Shown here piece by piece: positions 58,994 to 64,000 of a stretch of DNA of 64,000 bases; the first letter of the stretch is position 1; each line of letters starts with the position of its first letter. The stretch is taken from positions 28,828,260-28,892,259 of the forward strand of contig NC_058132.1 in assembly GCF_016433145.1 (NCBI RefSeq). Direction: 5' to 3'. Both the position numbers and the translations under genes were made by a program. This stretch comes from Gracilinanus agilis. Taxonomy: Eukaryota. The notes beneath the pieces were generated by a model. That model made no database searches and was not told where the DNA came from. It saw only the letters and a program-made list of their open reading frames with translations.

Positions 58994-61900
58994 ATGGCGA
59001 TGCCCAGGGCGGCGCTGCGTACCGGAATCTTCCTGCGGCTGCTTGGGGCAGGTAAGAGAGACCATCGGCCCCCACCCCTCCCCCTAATAGACCTCGATTC
59101 CACGTCCCCTTCCAATGACTTCTCTCTTCCCCAAAGTCTGGCTCCAGACCCCACCCCGGCAGGACTTCTGGATGCTACCAGACAACGTGACGGTCATCAC
59201 CGGGGAGGACGTCGTACTGAAATGCGGCGTCCGGGCCCGACAAGGGCACGTGCAGTGGGTGAAAGATGGTTTCGTGTTGGGTCCCAACCCTCAGATCCCA
59301 GGCTTCCCCAGGTACCACATGACAGGGGACCCCGATCAAGGTGAGTTCTGTCTGGCTGCCAAGGTCCAAGGCAGAGGGGCCCAGGGTTACCCAAGGAAAA
59401 CACTTCTAATAATTCGCCCCACCGGCAGCCTCCAAGCAGAGGTCTGACGATGACCTGCTTGACTGCTTGTCGGAGGAAGAGGGGATTCCTTCTGGGTCGG
59501 GGTTGGACCTTCCTGACCTGGGCTGCTGGGAGAGTTGACCATCACCCCACAAATGCAAGCGAAGACTCCTCTCTGGGCTAGAACGAACCTCAGGGCGCCG
59601 AATCTCTCTGGACAGGCGAGTTTCACCTCCACATCTCTAAGGTTGATATCAGCGACGACGCGGAGTTCGAATGCCAAGTCAGCCGGTCCGAGACCAGCCC
59701 CGAGCTCATTTCTCCTCGGATCAGCGTCACTGTGCTAGGTATGAGCTCTGGCCCTCAGGGCCCCAAGTTCTTAGCAGGGTTCCTCCCTTCCCTCTGCTCC
59801 ACCCTGACCTCAGCCCCAGGCCCCCCAGAGAGGAGCCTCCACCGGCCTCTGACCATCCTAAGAGCCTCCTTAGCCAGATTCTGGGGTGAACCTTCTTGGA
59901 GATCCCTGCATCAGTCACCCCATTCTTTACGAGCTTTGGGGGGCTCAGGCATCTAGTCTTGGGGTCATTCTCGCTGACTTTGGGGTGAGATTCTCTGCTC
60001 TCTGACCCTCCTCCTCCTTCAGTACCTCCCAAGGCGATACAAATGAATCCTGAGGTTGGGAGCTTGGTCACCTGGGTTGCTGGAGAGGAGTATTCAGTCA
60101 CCTGCACCTCCAGTGACTCTAAACCAGAGGCTGAGATCTCCTTTCACCAGGGTGAGTGGGTGTATGTGACTGAGACTTTTTGGTGAGACCAATATTTTGT
60201 GGTCATTCAGCCATTTCAGTCGTGTCCGGCTCTTCTGACCCCATCTGGGATTTTCTTGGCAAAGACGCTAGTTTGCCATTTCCTTCTCCAGCCCATTTTA
60301 CAGATGAGGAAACTGAGGCAAATGGGGTAAAGTGACTTGCCCAGGGTATCTGAGGACAGATTTGAACTCAGGTCTTCTAGACTTAAGGCCTGATACTCTA
60401 TCCATTCACTAATTCATAGTTACCAATTCCATGAGGATGCATTGAGTGTCTGCTGTTTTATTGGGGGGGGGTAGTTTGTGGGAAATCCAAAAGTGAATCA
60501 AATGCCATCCCTTAGGCTTCACTTCTGACACATTCTGGCTGTGTGTCCCTGGGCAAGTCACCGACTCCCAGAGCCAAAGGCCACCTTTTAGAGACGATAA
60601 ATGGCTTAAGAGCTACCGTGCCAACCCCCTCTGTCCTCTGATGGCTACCCCAGTCAAAGCTTCCCCCCACAAGGACCTCCACTGACATGGGAAACCTCCT
60701 TATCCAGGAGGAACCTCTATCAATTAAATCAGGAGTCCAGGCCCTGACTATGTCCTAGCATTTCTGTCCAAGCTCTTCTATAGTAGGAAAGAGAAGGTAT
60801 GTGCCCAGGAATGGCCAAATGAAATAATATTTGTCAAGTTCTAAGCAAGGTGCCTGGCACATAGAAGGCACTGAATGAATGTATCTTCCCTTCCCTTCCT
60901 CTAACCCCAGACCGCTTGGGAAAGGGCATTTAAAGGTCTGAACTATATTGGAAGCTCAGGGAAGGATAAATAGACTTCCTTTTGGAAGAATCAGGCAAGA
61001 CGTCCTGGTGGAGATGCCATTTGACCTGGACACTGAGAGATGGGCAGAGACTAGATTTGGCTCAGACGGGCATTCCGAGGTCTGTGGAATTGTACGAGGA
61101 GAAAAGATATGGTCAAAGAGAGCGAGAAGGACTCATTGGGCTGGAGCGGAGGGGAACAAAAATGGGAGCAACAGGGAACAAAGCCATAGGAGGGACTCAA
61201 GATCAAAGCAAGGAATTTGGACTTTATCCTCTGAGAAATGGGAAACCACTGAAAGGTTCCAGCAGGAACGTCTCTAATAAAATAAAGAACCAGAGCCAGT
61301 CACACGAAGCTAAATCTGGCCGTTTGTGCAGGATGGATTGGAGGGAGGAAGGGTCTAGAGGCCAAGATATAAGTGAGGAGGCTGCTGGAATATTCCAAGG
61401 CAGGGGCCAGGAAATCCTGAGCTTGCACTTATGCTGTGTGGGGGTACAGGGCTGGGATAGAATCAACAGGCTCTTGGGATTGATTGGATGTGGGAGGGGA
61501 GGAAGGAGATGACTTGGAGGAGGGCAGGGCTATTAACCGGAGAAGGGAAGGCAGGAAGAAGGGGGTTTGGTTGACCAGAGCATGAGTTTGGCCTGGGTTA
61601 GTCAGGTGGAGGTATTAGCAGGCTACTTAGGAGGGAGATGGAATGGTGGGGAGAACCCCAAAAGTAGACCACAGATAGAGATCGGCATGTGTGGCTGTGG
61701 AGGGCAGAGCGAGAGAGGCAAAACCAAGGAAGCTTGGATCTTGGGGATAAGCTCCCTTGGATCACTGGGAGATGTGGTCCCCCCATTCTCCCTAATTCCT
61801 GATCTAGCTCTGTGTGTGTCTCTCCCTCCCTTTCCCCCTTCTTCTTGCTAAGCAGACACCTGGCTGCTTCCGGATGTCTTTCCCTACACAAATCCTGGAT

Positions 61901-63923
61901 CCCAGGAGAAATTCGTTACCACCGAGGCTACAGTCAGGTAAGGTGGGAAGGCAGGCCATGGACCCCCAAGGACCCAAACTCTTCCCCCCAATTTAGTCTC
62001 CTCCCTGGCCCTCCCTTTGAATCCCTCTCTGCCTAGGGTGACTCCCAGGCCCTCTGACAACGGGAAACTCCTGGCCTGTGAAGTGATCAATCCAGCCATG
62101 AAGGAGCCCTTGAAATCTTCTTTCACCATGAACATTCTGTGTGAGTTAGGGCGCCAGCACATGGTGGGAAGGGGGGGCCCTGTTCATTCACTGAGAGAGT
62201 CCAGCATGTTCCCCTCCGGGAAGCATAGGCATCGCGACTCACTGGGAAATGGGAGGCCAGGGTGGGACGTAGAGGAAGCTACGTTCTGGGTCTCTTTGAG
62301 GACGTCCAGGGCTGAACGTCCTCTGGGTCCCTTCTCCCCAGTTCCCCCCGGCCCTCCTGTCATTGAGTGGCCAGGCCAGCTGGAAGGGAAAGCTAAAGCC
62401 GGACAGAATTTGGAGCTGCTCTGTGTGTCACGAGGGGGAAACCCTCTGGCCACGCTACAGTGGCTAAAGGTAAGGTGGGGGATCTGGGAAAACGAGGCTT
62501 TCAGTGCCAGGACCCCCCGTTCACTTTTTCCACCCTCTCCCCACACCAGAACGGGAAGGTGATCTCCACAGTTTGGGAGACTGACCACAAGCAGGCCCTG
62601 GCCCGAAGCCTCCTGCCCCTGACCATTCAGCCGGAGGACAATGGGGCCCAGCTCAGCTGTGAGGCCCAGAACAGCGTGTCCCCTGAGGTTCAAGAGCACG
62701 TGATCACGCTGCACATCACCTGTGAGGACCGCGGGATCGTGAGAGCTGCCCTCGGCCCGGTTCCGTCCCAGAGTCTCCTCGGAGTCACTAGTTTCTGTGC
62801 TGAAGTTGTGTGTCCCCTTCCTCTGCCCCAGCCTTCGTTTAGTGCCCCCAGCTTGGGCACCAGAACCGTGACTGGGAATTCTGGTGCCCAGGGCAGATGC
62901 AGTTTGGGGAGATGGACCTCTAGAGAGAGGGGGCTCTGGGATGCCTTGCTTTGAAGAGGGAGATAGACGCCAGGCTTCCTTATAACTGGGAAGAAGGTCA
63001 CTTTCGTCCTCTGTAAAAGGCATGGCTCGGGTCCTAAAAACATGGCGGAGGGCAACAAGGAGGGGCAGCCCTTCCTCCAGAGGAGCAGCCAGCGAGTGCC
63101 CTGGGCCCTTGAGACAAACTGGGGAAGGCAGCTGGCAGCAGAGGGAGCGCCGTAAGAGTGGGAGCTTGGGGGTGGCAAAGTGCAGGGTCCTGATGGGGAG
63201 AAAGCCCCAGCCAGCCACCCCGGCCTCGTTCTAGCTCTGACTGGTGCCATCTTCACATCTCTCCATCTCCCTCCTTCCAGTCCCCCCCAGCGCCATCATC
63301 ATCTTGGGCTCCACAAGCCTAGAAGAAAACAAGACCACAACCTTTTCCTGTTACACCAAGTCTAGCAACCCCGGAGTCCTCCTGCGCTGGTGGCTGGGGT
63401 GGCGGGAGCTGATCCCCACAGACGTAACCGTCACTGATGTGAGTTCTGAGGGCTCCAGCCCTGGTCCCCAAGGAGGAGGGTCCCCAAGTTCCTGAGGCCA
63501 TATTCGAACCCAGGACCTCCCAGCTCTAGACCTGGCTCTCATTGAGCCACCAAGCTGCCCTAGATGGGCTTTTATTAAGCACCTATTATATACCAGGCTT
63601 AAAACTGGGTTCTGGGGATAAACACAGCTGGGATCCAGGCCAGCCCTCTGTGGGGCCTGGGCAAACTGGTAGGGACTGAGGAGGACCCCAAGGCTTGGGT
63701 CCACCTTAAGTGGGTCCTGAGGAAATCTTTGGGCTGGAGGGCTGGAGGCCCCAATTTAGCTTCTGATTCCATCCTCAGGGCTTGCACGGTGGCCGAGTGA
63801 CCATGTCGAATGTGACCTACACTGTGAGAAGGGCAGACAACGGGCTCATGCTGACCTGTGAGGCCTTTAGTGAGGCTTTTGCCAAGGAGACCCTCAAGAA
63901 ATCGGTCACACTCAATGTGAAAT
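58994..63923 (+). CDS. NPHS1: Nephrin, exons 1-10 (3'-partial; Ig domains 1-4)
   Basis: Exons 58994-59051, 59137-59340, 59616-59738, 60023-60151, 61856-61937, 62037-62140, 62342-62469, 62550-62721, 63281-63438, 63779-63923 (58/204/123/129/82/104/128/172/158/145 nt), matching recalled human sizes except exon 2. Peptides [60 protein letters not shown]. Confidence 0.97.
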
Positions 63924-64000
63924 GTGAGTCCCCTGGAGTCGTCAGCAACCTAACAGAACATTCTTTGACCTCCCAATCAATGGACATGCTTTTATTTTTG

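Noticed and set aside
58994-63923. Ig gene being KIRREL2 or another nephrin-like paralog
   Set aside because: Exon sizes and peptides ([30 protein letters not shown]) match NPHS1 as recalled.

Overview
Eukaryotic genomic DNA, very likely a marsupial and probably a didelphid opossum (inferred from the dominant ~190-bp tRNA-headed SINE). The window is orthologous to part of human 19q13.12 and holds five + strand genes whose spliced reading frames I checked exon by exon: HAUS5 (exons 2-19; exon 1 is upstream of the window), RBM42 (complete), ETV2 (complete CDS), COX6B1 (complete) and NPHS1/nephrin (exons 1-10, running off the end). Between and inside the genes are more than 25 SINEs, L1/L2/RTE/MIR-like fragments, six hAT-type MITEs with 8-bp TSDs, one complete 3.4-kb LTR-internal-LTR element, solo LTRs, an AT-rich minisatellite and two ~190-N gaps. 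The most notable observations: (1) NPHS1 directly follows COX6B1 with no KIRREL2 upstream, so the human/mouse head-to-head NPHS1-KIRREL2 pair is absent; (2) HAUS5 has a probable U12-type intron between two very short exons; (3) a 344-codon antisense ORF overlaps NPHS1 exons 7-8 and intron 8; (4) a CRE-ETS-ETS-GATA module lies upstream of ETV2, and the ETV2 C-terminus may be frameshifted; (5) the two LTRs differ only in one 45-bp patch; (6) COX6B1 intron 1 carries a degenerate C-rich repeat array. I cannot support a wholly new biological system from sequence alone. All comparisons with human/mouse genes are from memory and need database confirmation.
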